The notes below the pieces were generated by a model. It worked only from the letters and a program-made list of their open reading frames with translations. It did no database searches and was not told the origin of the DNA. The translations under genes were made by a program, and so were the position numbers. From positions 1 through 33,601 of the forward strand of contig JAKAFD010000001.1 in NCBI GenBank assembly GCA_021818075.1: a stretch of DNA of 33,601 nt. The letters run 5' to 3'. How positions within the stretch are numbered: the stretch's first letter is position 1; every line of letters starts with the position of its first letter. Positions 1-8,137 of this stretch are shown here, piece by piece. This DNA is from a bacterium. Lineage in GTDB: Bacteria > Patescibacteriota > Patescibacteriia > Patescibacteriales > Patescibacteriaceae.

Positions 1-15
1 CTAATATTAATAATT

Positions 16-40
16 AAACCGCTAATTTTAGCGGTTTTTT
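16..40 (+). terminator. intrinsic terminator-like hairpin
   Basis: AAACCGCTAA-TT-TTAGCGGTTT followed by a T-run. Confidence 0.7.
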
Positions 41-48
41 GTTATCCA

Positions 49-77
49 TTGACATTTAATATTAAATATGTTATTAT
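49..77 (+). promoter_or_regulatory. sigma70-type promoter
   Basis: TTGACA(49-54)-17 nt-TATTAT(72-77) with TG extension, upstream of SD AGGAG and ORF 134. Confidence 0.65.
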
Positions 78-133
78 ATTAGCAATCTTAAATTAAAAAT
101 GTATTATTAAAAACTTAATAAAAAGGAGAGAAA

Positions 134-511
134 ATGGCAGATGAAAAACGCCTGGATTTAGGTTTGGTCGGTAATTGCATAAAAGTAATTATGACCAAGG
201 CTGATCCGGTTGAAGCAGAGCAAATGAAAATATGCTTAATTCAGATGTATAATTTGGAAGAAAACAAAGTAGTTTTCTGGACCAAATTTATGAATCTGTT
301 AGCCAGGGCTTATAAATCAACTACCGACCCGTCAGCTAAGTATTTATTGGGGGAAGCATACAAGTTGGCTGATACCAATGCTAAGGTTTTGAGATGGCAA
401 GAGTTAGGAAATTTCAAACAAGCTTATGCCGAGCAATCTAAAGCTAAGGGTCAGATATTTGATAAGCCGGATATCAACCCGAGCAAAAGGGACAGCGCAT
501 GCTGGAATTAA
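134..511 (+). CDS. hypothetical helical protein
   Basis: 125 aa ORF with promoter and SD; distant similarity to the next ORF. Confidence 0.7.
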   Translation: MADEKRLDLGLVGNCIKVIMTKADPVEAEQMKICLIQMYNLEENKVVFWTKFMNLLARAYKSTTDPSAKYLLGEAYKLADTNAKVLRWQELGNFKQAYAEQSKAKGQIFDKPDINPSKRDSACWN

Positions 512-822
512 CCTTTTGTTTAAAACAGGTGATTGACGCAATGAACCCAAGAGAGCAGTTTGAGATTATTTCTTTGGGACACACCATTAAGCGCTGGCAC
601 CGGCATGGTCGCGATACCAGACGGGTGATAGTGGTGTTTTTACAATCGGCGTTAACGGCCGCCAAAAATTCGCCAGCCGAGTCCTTGCTAAGCCGGACTT
701 ACGAGCAGGTGAGTGAAGAGTCGTCAGCGGAATTTGCCGAAGCTATCGTCGGTTTAATGAATCAATATTGTTTGAGAAAATATTATTCCAGCAATATTGT
801 CATTAACCAAACTAGAGACTAA
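499..822 (+). CDS. hypothetical protein, probable distant paralog of 134..511
   Basis: 107 aa ORF overlapping the previous stop and followed by a terminator. Confidence 0.7.
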   Translation: MLELTFCLKQVIDAMNPREQFEIISLGHTIKRWHRHGRDTRRVIVVFLQSALTAAKNSPAESLLSRTYEQVSEESSAEFAEAIVGLMNQYCLRKYYSSNIVINQTRD

Positions 823-835
823 TTGTAATTTTAAA

Positions 836-930
836 AAAAGGGAGTAGCAATACTCCTTTTTATTTTTGACAAAAAATTTAATAGGGGATTATAATTAAAG
901 CAAAAGGTAAATAATTTTGTTCATTTAAAT
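836..930 (+). repeat. terminator+promoter intergenic repeat, copy 1
   Basis: hairpin GGGAGTA-GCAA-TACTCCT + T-run, TTGACA(866)-18-TATAAT(890), AATAGGGGAT spacer motif, TGTTCATTTAAAT(918). Confidence 0.8.
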
Positions 931-943
931 TTCCGGGTGACTT

Positions 944-1192
944 ATGCGAGAAGAAAAAGACCAACGCCAACAAAGAAAAACCCTGGTGTATTCACTGATA
1001 AGTTTACTCCTTGGCTACCTGTTAATCTGGGAAGGAGGCAGCTGGCTTTTCAGTAAAGGCGGCTTTATCTATGTAACGCCATACTTCGCTGTATTGACAG
1101 CTATTTTTGCCAATTTGGATTACGATAAGATAATAGTTACTGCGAAAAAAGTGGCGGGCAAGCTGTTCAGTTGGAATGAGATTAAAATTTAA
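944..1192 (+). CDS. small 2-TM membrane protein
   Basis: 82 aa, two hydrophobic stretches, own promoter and terminator. Confidence 0.7.
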   Translation: MREEKDQRQQRKTLVYSLISLLLGYLLIWEGGSWLFSKGGFIYVTPYFAVLTAIFANLDYDKIIVTAKKVAGKLFSWNEIKI

Positions 1193-1296
1193 AAAAGAGG
1201 CGACATAAGTTGCCTCTTTTATCTTTTTGACAAAAAAATAAATAGGGGATAGGATAAAGGCAAATAAAATATTATTGAACCTTTAAAACCGGGGGA
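1193..1296 (+). repeat. terminator+promoter intergenic repeat, copy 2
   Basis: hairpin AGAGGCGAC-ATAA-GTTGCCTCT + T-run, TTGACA(1227)-17-TAGGAT(1250), TGAACCTTTAAAA(1276). Confidence 0.8.
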
Positions 1297-1299
1297 TTT

Positions 1300-1629
1300 A
1301 TGAAATATTATCTCATTGAGGACCAAAAACAGCAAAAGCGATTTTTTGTGTTTGAGGGAAGAAGTAGAGACATGGTTATTAGCGCCAAGCTGGTAATGAT
1401 TGCCAGTGTCATTATTTTTGCGGGGAGTATTATTGGTTGTTTCATAATACCATGGGGCGGTGTTAGAGAGTTTTTTATTGTCTATGGTGTATCACTTATA
1501 TTTGTTACGGCACTATTTTTCTATGGTATACATAGAAGCGTATTTCGAAAATTTTCTAAGGTCGGCACTCAAGAGATTATTGACAACAAAGAAATTATTA
1601 ATGGAACCCAAGAAATTAATAGCAATTAG
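1300..1629 (+). CDS. small 2-TM membrane protein
   Basis: 109 aa; C-terminal tail homologous to that of 1749..2048. Confidence 0.7.
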   Translation: MKYYLIEDQKQQKRFFVFEGRSRDMVISAKLVMIASVIIFAGSIIGCFIIPWGGVREFFIVYGVSLIFVTALFFYGIHRSVFRKFSKVGTQEIIDNKEIINGTQEINSN

Positions 1630-1746
1630 CGGTAAAAAATTAACAGGGGAGTAGCAATGCTCCTCTTTTTATTTTTGACAAACCAGATAATAGGGGATAA
1701 GATAAAAGCAAATAAAATATTATTGAACCTTTAAAAATGGGGGCGG
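1630..1746 (+). repeat. terminator+promoter intergenic repeat, copy 3
   Basis: hairpin GGGGAGTA-GCAA-TGCTCCTC + T-run, TTGACA(1675)-17-TAAGAT(1698), TGAACCTTTAAAA(1724); the promoter part is very similar to copy 2. Confidence 0.85.
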
Positions 1747-1748
1747 TT

Positions 1749-2048
1749 ATGAAGAGAGAAACATTAGGCGAGATCGCTGTAGCGGCTTGGTTTCTTGGCA
1801 TGCTTACAACTGCTGTTGGCGGGGCGATTATTTTAAGTTTTTTAGTGGGAGACAATAAGTCTTTGCCAGACACCATAGTTTTCCTATGGCCATTGGCAGT
1901 AGTTGCCGCAAGTTGTTTATGGTTTGTATTCAAATTTAAGAAAACCGTAACAAAGTTATCAAAAAGATTTTGCAAGGATGATGTTCAGAAAATTATTGAT
2001 AATAAAAAAATTATTATTAAAACTCAGGAACATATCAATGTCAATTAA
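1749..2048 (+). CDS. small 2-TM membrane protein
   Basis: start placed at ATG 1749 by analogy with cassette 2 (ORF track gives 1737); two TM segments. Confidence 0.7.
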   Translation: MKRETLGEIAVAAWFLGMLTTAVGGAIILSFLVGDNKSLPDTIVFLWPLAVVAASCLWFVFKFKKTVTKLSKRFCKDDVQKIIDNKKIIIKTQEHINVN

Positions 2049-2094
2049 CGGTAAAATTAACAGGGGAGTAGTAATACTCCTCTTTTTATTTTTT
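2049..2094 (+). terminator. terminator half of the intergenic repeat (copy 4, no promoter)
   Basis: CGGTAAAATTAACAGGGGAGTAGTAATACTCCTCTTTTT, near-identical to 1630-1670. Confidence 0.8.
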
Positions 2095-2109
2095 AAAAAT
2101 CGCCTCAGT

Positions 2110-2152
2110 GCCCCCTCACTACCCTATTACCGCGCCGCAGAGGAGAGGGGGA
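2110..2152. repeat. degenerate CCCTC...GAGGG palindromic element
   Basis: CCCCCTCACTACCCT...AGAGGAGAGGGGG resembles the copies at 9592 and 23529. Confidence 0.4.
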
Positions 2153-2258
2153 AAAGAAATATTGGCAGGTAATAGATGCGCTTAAGCGAGGAGAAAAAAT
2201 TTTTATTAAAAAAACAAAAAAGAGGGTAGTGCCCTCAAGTGTAAAGAGAAAAAACAAT

Positions 2259-2286
2259 GCGTCGCACAATATAACTTAAACGACAC
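2259..2286. other. dif-like 11-6-11 imperfect palindrome
   Basis: GCGTCGCACAA-TATAAC-TTAAACGACAC; left arm matches 7/11 of the E. coli XerC arm GGTGCGCATAA. Confidence 0.35.
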
Positions 2287-2379
2287 TAAGGCTCAAGGTA
2301 TTGGCATTCAGCTATTAAAATAAAAAAACCGAACTATTGCCTAATATAGCCCGATTTTCTCCCTTAATCGAACTTTACC

Positions 2380-2550
2380 CTACGGCCTAAGTCCTCCGAT
2401 AAGGTTCTTGATGCTCATACCGGCAATTTTTATCTCCGGCGTAAACAATAATCCGATTTTTATGCCCAGCAAAAAAAATCCTATTATGGTAACGCAAAAC
2501 ACCAAAAATGTGATAAAGAAGATTAACTTAAAGACTTTTTCTTGGTCCAT
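2380..2550 (-). CDS. small membrane protein (56 aa, below ORF-track cutoff)
   Basis: MDQEKVFKLIFFITFLVFCVTIIGFFLLGIKIGLLFTPEIKIAGMSIKNLIGGLRP; co-oriented downstream of ftsQ. Confidence 0.6.
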   Translation of the reverse strand: MDQEKVFKLIFFITFLVFCVTIIGFFLLGIKIGLLFTPEIKIAGMSIKNLIGGLRP

Positions 2551-2606
2551 ATTTTAGTTTAGCCTCTCCCCTTGGGGAGTCGGACATAGTTATGTGTCGC
2601 AAAATA

Positions 2607-3425
2607 TTATTGATAAAAAATTCTGTCGCCGTATCTTAAATCAATATATTGTTTGGAGTTGAAGACCTTGCCGTCGCTTAACTCCAGGCGCCGCAGAGTC
2701 TCGAGCTTCAGGAGCTGTTTGGTAACTGGGTCCTCGGTGTTGAATTTAATGACCGGGCCGTTTGTTATTTGAATTTTTACCGTATTCAGTTCATCATCAA
2801 TAAAAATCTCCCTGTCCGTTAAACCTTTAATTTGTTCGCTAAAAGCGCGATTAAGGTCATTAGCGAAGGTTAAGTACTTCTCTTCAATGTTAATTCGTCT
2901 CCCCTCTCGCCTGGCGCGGCCGCGGTTGTAAACCAGCGTGACATTCTCGGCCACTTCAATTTTTTCAAAAATAATATCGCCCTGATAATTAACATAATAA
3001 AAATGATTGTCTTCTTGCCAGATTAAGCCGTAGTTTTGTTCCTGGAAGCTAATCATCAGAGTGTGCGGCAGGCGGATTTTGATTTTTAAATTGCTTAAAT
3101 AATATTTATCATTAATGGCGGCCAGTAAGCTTTTTTTATCAAATAACAGCAGGTTATCGGCTGGCAGCAGCTTGCTTTGATGCGCCGTTTGCCAGGCCAT
3201 ATCAATTAAATCTTGGGTGGCAAAGTTTTTGGCATCGCTCGTCATAACTCTTTCTAACCGGAAACTGGAAGAAATAAACAGCCAATAACCCAGACCGCCA
3301 AAAATCACTAACCATAAAATGCCCCAGGCATAAAACTTTTTTGAGCGGCTCGGACGCTGTCTGCCGGTCCGGCTTTGGTGGTAGGCTTTTGTCCTAACAG
3401 CGTGCCTGGGGCGATATTGATACAT
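2607..3425 (-). CDS. ftsQ: cell division protein FtsQ/DivIB-like
   Basis: basic N-tail, single TM, POTRA-like region (IKIRLPHTLMISFQE), C-terminal YIDLRYGDRIFY motif. Confidence 0.8.
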   Translation of the reverse strand: MYQYRPRHAVRTKAYHQSRTGRQRPSRSKKFYAWGILWLVIFGGLGYWLFISSSFRLERVMTSDAKNFATQDLIDMAWQTAHQSKLLPADNLLLFDKKSLLAAINDKYYLSNLKIKIRLPHTLMISFQEQNYGLIWQEDNHFYYVNYQGDIIFEKIEVAENVTLVYNRGRARREGRRINIEEKYLTFANDLNRAFSEQIKGLTDREIFIDDELNTVKIQITNGPVIKFNTEDPVTKQLLKLETLRRLELSDGKVFNSKQYIDLRYGDRIFYQ

Positions 3426-3432
3426 AACCTCC

Positions 3433-4695
3433 TTATTTTATAACTTTAAAATCCAAATACTTTCTTAAAACTTTCGGCATCTTAATGCTGCCGTCGGCTT
3501 GCTGGTAATTTTCCAAAATCGCCACCAAGGCGCGCGCTGTGGCCACGCCGGTACCGTTTAGGGTATGGACCAGCGCCTTATCGCCCTTATCATCACTAAA
3601 ACGGATATTAAGGCCTCTAGCCTGGTAATCAGTGCAGTTAGAGCAAGAAGTCACCTCGGCCCAGTCGCCCAGCTGGCCATTTTTGTTGGGCTTGGCCGGC
3701 AGCCAGGCTTCCAAGTCAAAGGTCCGGCTGGCTGGATTGCCTAAATCGGCCGTGCCGTGGTCAATAACGCGGCAAGGAATTTTCAGGCCCTGCCAAATTT
3801 CTTCTTCAATTTTTAATAATTCATAATGATAAACTTCGCTGTCGGCCGGCCGGGCGAAAATAAACATTTCCACTTTATTAAATTGGTGTACGCGAAACAG
3901 TCCTTTGGAAAATTTGGAATAACTGCCGGCTTCAGTCCTGAAGCACGGCGTCAGAGCGGCATAACGCAGCGGTAAAGTTTTTCCGGCTAAGATTTCGTCG
4001 GCATGATAAGCGCCTAAAGTAATCTCGGCCGTGCCGATTAAACTTAAATTATCGTTGGCAATATTGTAAACTTGCGTAGATTCGCCGCGCGGATTAAAGC
4101 CCATCTCCTCAATCAGCTGGCTGGAAGCCAAATAAGGCGTAGCCAGTAATTGATAACCGTGTTTTTTAATAATATCTAAAGCATAGGCGGTTAAAGCTTG
4201 CTCCAGCTCCGCCAAACGGCCTTTTAAGTAATAAAATTTGGCGCCGGATACTTTGGCGGCGCGTTCCAAGTCAATCAAATCTAATTTTTGCGCCAATTCC
4301 AAATGGTCTTTAGGCGTAAAATTAAACTTGGTCGGCTGGCCGAATTGTTCCATCACTCGATTATCATCTTCATCGGCGCTGATTTTAACATCCGGGTGCG
4401 TTAAGTTGGGCACCGCCAAGAGCAAGGACTTCAAAGTCTCTTCCAAAGACCGCAACTCCCCTTCTTTGACCTGAATTTTGTCGCCCAACTCTTTCATTTT
4501 GGCAATTTCTTCATCGGTCGGTTTGCTTTTGGATTTCTGATTGCGCTCCCCTCTTAAGGCTTGAACCTCGGCCATCAACCGGCGTTTGTTGTCGTCCAAT
4601 TCCAATAATTTATCAATATCCACCCTCGCCTGCCGGTTGGCGCAGTTGGTTTTCACCTCCTCCTTGTGCTCGCGGATGAATTTAATATCCAGCAT
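3433..4695 (-). CDS. serS: serine--tRNA ligase
   Basis: MLDIKFIRE start, GLFRVHQFNKVE, SCSNCTDYQAR, HTLNGT motifs. Confidence 0.98.
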   Translation of the reverse strand: MLDIKFIREHKEEVKTNCANRQARVDIDKLLELDDNKRRLMAEVQALRGERNQKSKSKPTDEEIAKMKELGDKIQVKEGELRSLEETLKSLLLAVPNLTHPDVKISADEDDNRVMEQFGQPTKFNFTPKDHLELAQKLDLIDLERAAKVSGAKFYYLKGRLAELEQALTAYALDIIKKHGYQLLATPYLASSQLIEEMGFNPRGESTQVYNIANDNLSLIGTAEITLGAYHADEILAGKTLPLRYAALTPCFRTEAGSYSKFSKGLFRVHQFNKVEMFIFARPADSEVYHYELLKIEEEIWQGLKIPCRVIDHGTADLGNPASRTFDLEAWLPAKPNKNGQLGDWAEVTSCSNCTDYQARGLNIRFSDDKGDKALVHTLNGTGVATARALVAILENYQQADGSIKMPKVLRKYLDFKVIK

Positions 4696-4703
4696 ATATT
4701 AAT

Positions 4704-5324
4704 TTAAAATTTTAAATTTTCCAGAATATCATTTATTTTATCGCCAATTTCGGAGTCGTCTCCGCCACAATAAGATTCAATTATCAAAGTTTTATTTTTT
4801 CCGAAAATAATGGCATTTTTATATCCGCACATCCCACCTTCGGTAAAAATAATAGCCTGATTACCGTTAACCAAAGTCTCTTTTATAATTCTATATATAC
4901 CGGTATCTCCCAAGAGACTATTTCTAAATTGTTGGTAATCTTTCTTTCCGTAGGCAATAATATTCCAATAATAGCCGCCCCCTCCTTCGCGAATTTGGCT
5001 GTCTCGTTGTCCTAAATCAATTCTCCATAGCCCAGCCTCTTCGCTAAAAGAAATATAACCATTATCACCAATAATATTTTTTTCAGTTACAACCGGTTCC
5101 GGCCAGGTAGAAGGGTAAGTGAAAGAAACGCCCAATTTATTATTTTGAAAAGATTTTTGTCCGTCTTTTGCCGGAGTTGGCGTTTGAGAAGCTGTCGGCG
5201 CCGTTTGTAAATTAGAGGGTTTGTTTACTTGATTTTTCGAATAAAACAGTAAAAGCCCCCAAGCGACAACTGCTATAGCCAATAAACAGACAATGATGTA
5301 AATTACCACATTTCTCCTCTTCAT
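4704..5324 (-). CDS. membrane-anchored extracytoplasmic protein (PsbP-like fold possible)
   Basis: N-terminal TM, T/P-rich linker, FxNxKLGVSFTYPSTW motif typical of CPR surface proteins. Confidence 0.65.
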   Translation of the reverse strand: MKRRNVVIYIIVCLLAIAVVAWGLLLFYSKNQVNKPSNLQTAPTASQTPTPAKDGQKSFQNNKLGVSFTYPSTWPEPVVTEKNIIGDNGYISFSEEAGLWRIDLGQRDSQIREGGGGYYWNIIAYGKKDYQQFRNSLLGDTGIYRIIKETLVNGNQAIIFTEGGMCGYKNAIIFGKNKTLIIESYCGGDDSEIGDKINDILENLKF

Positions 5325-5363
5325 AATTTTAAATAATTTCTTAAAATTTCTAAATTATTTCAA

Positions 5364-5391
5364 TGTTGTTTGTTGTTTGCTATTTGTTGTT
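5364..5391. repeat. heptamer tandem repeat (TGTTGTT-like x4)
   Basis: TGTTGTT TGTTGTT TGCTATT TGTTGTT just downstream of the lysS stop. Confidence 0.7.
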
Positions 5392-5394
5392 TGA

Positions 5395-7539
5395 TTAAAG
5401 TCCAATTTCCTTGGCGATGCTTTTTAAGGCTTTCAAACTTAAGTCCAAAAAGGCGGTTAAATTAATGTCAGCCAATTCGCACTCGGCAATTATCGCGCGG
5501 TCGCAGTTGGCGGCAAAGCCTTTGGTTTTGTATTTTTTCTCTAAGCTGGCCAATTCCACTTCGGCCAATTTTTTGTCCGGACGCACCAGCGTCGTGGCGA
5601 CAATTAAGCCGGTAACGGTTTCGGCCGCCGCCAGCAGATGCTCCAAATTACCGTTGCGTTTTTTATCAAAGTAGGCCGGGCACTGCGGCGAACCGTAAGC
5701 GTGGGAAATGATAGTATTAATTAAAAATTGGCTGGCGCCGGCATTCTTTAAAATCTCAATCGCTTTAACGCAGTGATGTTTGGGGTCGCTCTTAGTTAAT
5801 TCCCAGTCAATATCGTGCAACAGGCCGATTATTCCCCACTCCTCTTCATTTTGGCCGAAATGGCGGGCCAGCGCGCGCATTATCGCCTCGGTTTCCAAGG
5901 AGTGATATAAAGTATGGACATCGCGGATATTTTCCGCCACCAGCCGTTTGGCGTGTTTATAACTTATGCCAAGGCCACCGGAATCTTTTTTTTTATCTTC
6001 GTTTGGTTTTTCGCCCGGCGAAATTTCCACCACCGAGGCAACTTCCGTGGCCACCGGCGCCACGCCCGGCTGATAATCTTTCGGTTTCATCAGCGGAAAA
6101 ATCTGGCACTCGCGCGCCGATTTATTCATAAAAAAACTAAAAACGCGCTCGCTCATGCCATAACCGCAAGTCGGCGGCATGCCGTATTCCAAGGCTTCCA
6201 CAAAATCCTCGTCCTTGCTTTGCGCTTCCTCATCGCCGGCGTCTTTGAGTTTTTGCTGCTCTTCAAAGCGTTCCAATTGGTCAACCGGATCGTTTAATTC
6301 GCTGTAGCCGTTGCCCAGTTCCGAACCGGCAATAATCGGCTGAAAGCGCTGGGCCAAAGCCGGATTATTATCATCGCGCTTGGCTAAGGGCGACACGGTA
6401 ACCGGCACGCCGACCAAAAAGCCCGGTCCGCCGATTTGTTTGCGGCAATATTTCCAAAGATTATCAATAGCGCGGGTTAGATTAAAGCCTTTGCGGTCGT
6501 ACTCCACGCCCAATTCCTGCAATTTGGCTTCCATTTGCTCCTGACTGGCTTCCAAAATATCAATGTCGGTATATTTTAAGACTGTTTCCCGATAATCATA
6601 GCGCTCCCATGGTTTACCTAAATCAACTTCAAATTCGCCGATAGTAAATTTCAGGGTACCGAAAGTTTCTTCGGCCACGAATTTATACATTTCTTCCACT
6701 AAGGCCATACCCATCTCATAATCGGCATAGCCGTAATAAAACTCCATTTGCGTGTAGTCCTGCAAATGTTCGGCGTCCATACCTTCGTTTCTGAATTGCC
6801 GGCCGATTTCAAAAGTTTTTTCCAGTCCCGCCACCATCAGTTTTTTCTGCCACAATTCGCCCATGGAGATTCTTAAATAAACATCCATATCCAAAGCATT
6901 GTGATGTGTGATGAACGGTTTGGCGTCCGCGCCGCCGGCCGACACTTCCAGCGCCGGCGTTTCCACTTCAATAAAACCGCGAGTTTTCAAAAACGAGCGC
7001 ACCGCGTTCCAGAACTTGTCGCGCTTGATAATCATGTCTTTCACCTCCGGGTCCAGAATTATGTCCAAATATCTTTTGCGCAATCTTTCATCTTCGTTTT
7101 TTAAACCGAAATGCGCGTCGGGAATGCCGCGCAGAGTTTTGGTTAAAAGGCGCCAAGATTTGACCAGCAAACTTTTTTCGCCGGCCTGGGTAGTAAAACA
7201 AGTTCCCTCGGCTTCCAGGAAGTCGTTATTGTCAACTAATTTAGTAAAATTTTTATAAACCTCGTCGCCCAGTTCTTTTTTGTTTAAGACTAATTGCAAA
7301 CCGCCGCTCCAGTCTTCCAGGTCGGCAAAACTGATATTGCCGTGGTCGCGCAGACTGCGCAAGCGGCCGGCAATAATTATCTTATTTTGGGAAGCGCTAA
7401 GTTCCTCAAAATTTTGCAGCGCTTCGGCCACCATGGTGTCGCGATTAGTTTTGGCCGGGTAAGGATTAATGCCGGCGGCCTTAATTTGTTTTAACCGTTC
7501 CAGCCGGTCTTGCCGTTCGCTTTGTTTAGCTTTAATCAT
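5395..7539 (-). CDS. lysS: class II lysine--tRNA ligase with C-terminal HD-domain fusion
   Basis: OB-fold N-term, GGADAKPFITHHNALD, FEIGRQFRNEG, EYGMPPTCG motifs; ~200 aa extension with LLHDIDWE. Confidence 0.97.
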   Translation of the reverse strand: MIKAKQSERQDRLERLKQIKAAGINPYPAKTNRDTMVAEALQNFEELSASQNKIIIAGRLRSLRDHGNISFADLEDWSGGLQLVLNKKELGDEVYKNFTKLVDNNDFLEAEGTCFTTQAGEKSLLVKSWRLLTKTLRGIPDAHFGLKNEDERLRKRYLDIILDPEVKDMIIKRDKFWNAVRSFLKTRGFIEVETPALEVSAGGADAKPFITHHNALDMDVYLRISMGELWQKKLMVAGLEKTFEIGRQFRNEGMDAEHLQDYTQMEFYYGYADYEMGMALVEEMYKFVAEETFGTLKFTIGEFEVDLGKPWERYDYRETVLKYTDIDILEASQEQMEAKLQELGVEYDRKGFNLTRAIDNLWKYCRKQIGGPGFLVGVPVTVSPLAKRDDNNPALAQRFQPIIAGSELGNGYSELNDPVDQLERFEEQQKLKDAGDEEAQSKDEDFVEALEYGMPPTCGYGMSERVFSFFMNKSARECQIFPLMKPKDYQPGVAPVATEVASVVEISPGEKPNEDKKKDSGGLGISYKHAKRLVAENIRDVHTLYHSLETEAIMRALARHFGQNEEEWGIIGLLHDIDWELTKSDPKHHCVKAIEILKNAGASQFLINTIISHAYGSPQCPAYFDKKRNGNLEHLLAAAETVTGLIVATTLVRPDKKLAEVELASLEKKYKTKGFAANCDRAIIAECELADINLTAFLDLSLKALKSIAKEIGL

Positions 7540-7592
7540 ACTAAAAAATTTCCCGCTCCCCGCGGATCAGTCTTATGTGAATTATGCCATTA

Positions 7593-7621
7593 ATTTTAAT
7601 ATATCTCGCGGCTTAAGTCAA
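7593..7621 (-). promoter_or_regulatory. sigma70 promoter for lysS
   Basis: TTGACT-17 nt-TAAAAT on the minus strand. Confidence 0.7.
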
Positions 7622-7624
7622 AAT

Positions 7625-7655
7625 AAAAAAGCCCCCGCTAATAAGCAGGGGGCGT
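7625..7655 (-). terminator. intrinsic terminator after 7675..8100
   Basis: GCCCCC..GGGGGC stem with a T-run on the minus strand. Confidence 0.7.
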
Positions 7656-7674
7656 TAATTTTAAATGCAGCCGG

Positions 7675-8100
7675 TTATTGAGGAGCTGTAAATCTTTTTT
7701 TAAAAACTGCTCTTAATCTGCCCAACTCTGCCAACTCACACACCCTTTGTCTAAAAATTAAAGTTGATGACGGCAAGGGAATGACTTTTATGGCATAATT
7801 ATCAAGTTCGGTAAAATGATCATTATTGTCGATGTCAGCGACAACGGCGACTGGTATGCCTTGTAATTGTGCATTATCCTCTATCATTGAAATAATATCT
7901 TGGCGATGAGCGCAAAAAGATTGATAATCAAACAATAAACATTCCGGATGCAGCTTGCCATTATTTAGTTTTGCCACAGCGTCAGCGATATTGTCACTAT
8001 AATCAATGGTATGGCCTCTCCGTTTAACATTTTCCAGTAATAAATCAATCTCTTTATTGGTTCCGTTAACCAGCGCAAAAACACAAAAAGGACTCTCCAT
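7675..8100 (-). CDS. degenerate stand-alone receiver (CheY-like) domain protein
   Basis: start at MESPF with SD GAGGTG; HPECLLFD and GIPVAVVA follow the REC pattern, but the acidic pocket, Thr/Ser and Lys are missing. Confidence 0.6.
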   Translation of the reverse strand: MESPFCVFALVNGTNKEIDLLLENVKRRGHTIDYSDNIADAVAKLNNGKLHPECLLFDYQSFCAHRQDIISMIEDNAQLQGIPVAVVADIDNNDHFTELDNYAIKVIPLPSSTLIFRQRVCELAELGRLRAVFKKRFTAPQ

Positions 8101-8137
8101 TTTACACCTCAAATATTTTTTTAAACAACAATTTAAT

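Noticed and set aside
830..2094. CRISPR array or integron attC array
   Set aside because: The repeats are ~100-nt promoter/terminator modules separated by 250-330 nt ORFs; there are no cas or intI genes and no RYYYAAC...GTTRRRY attC boxes
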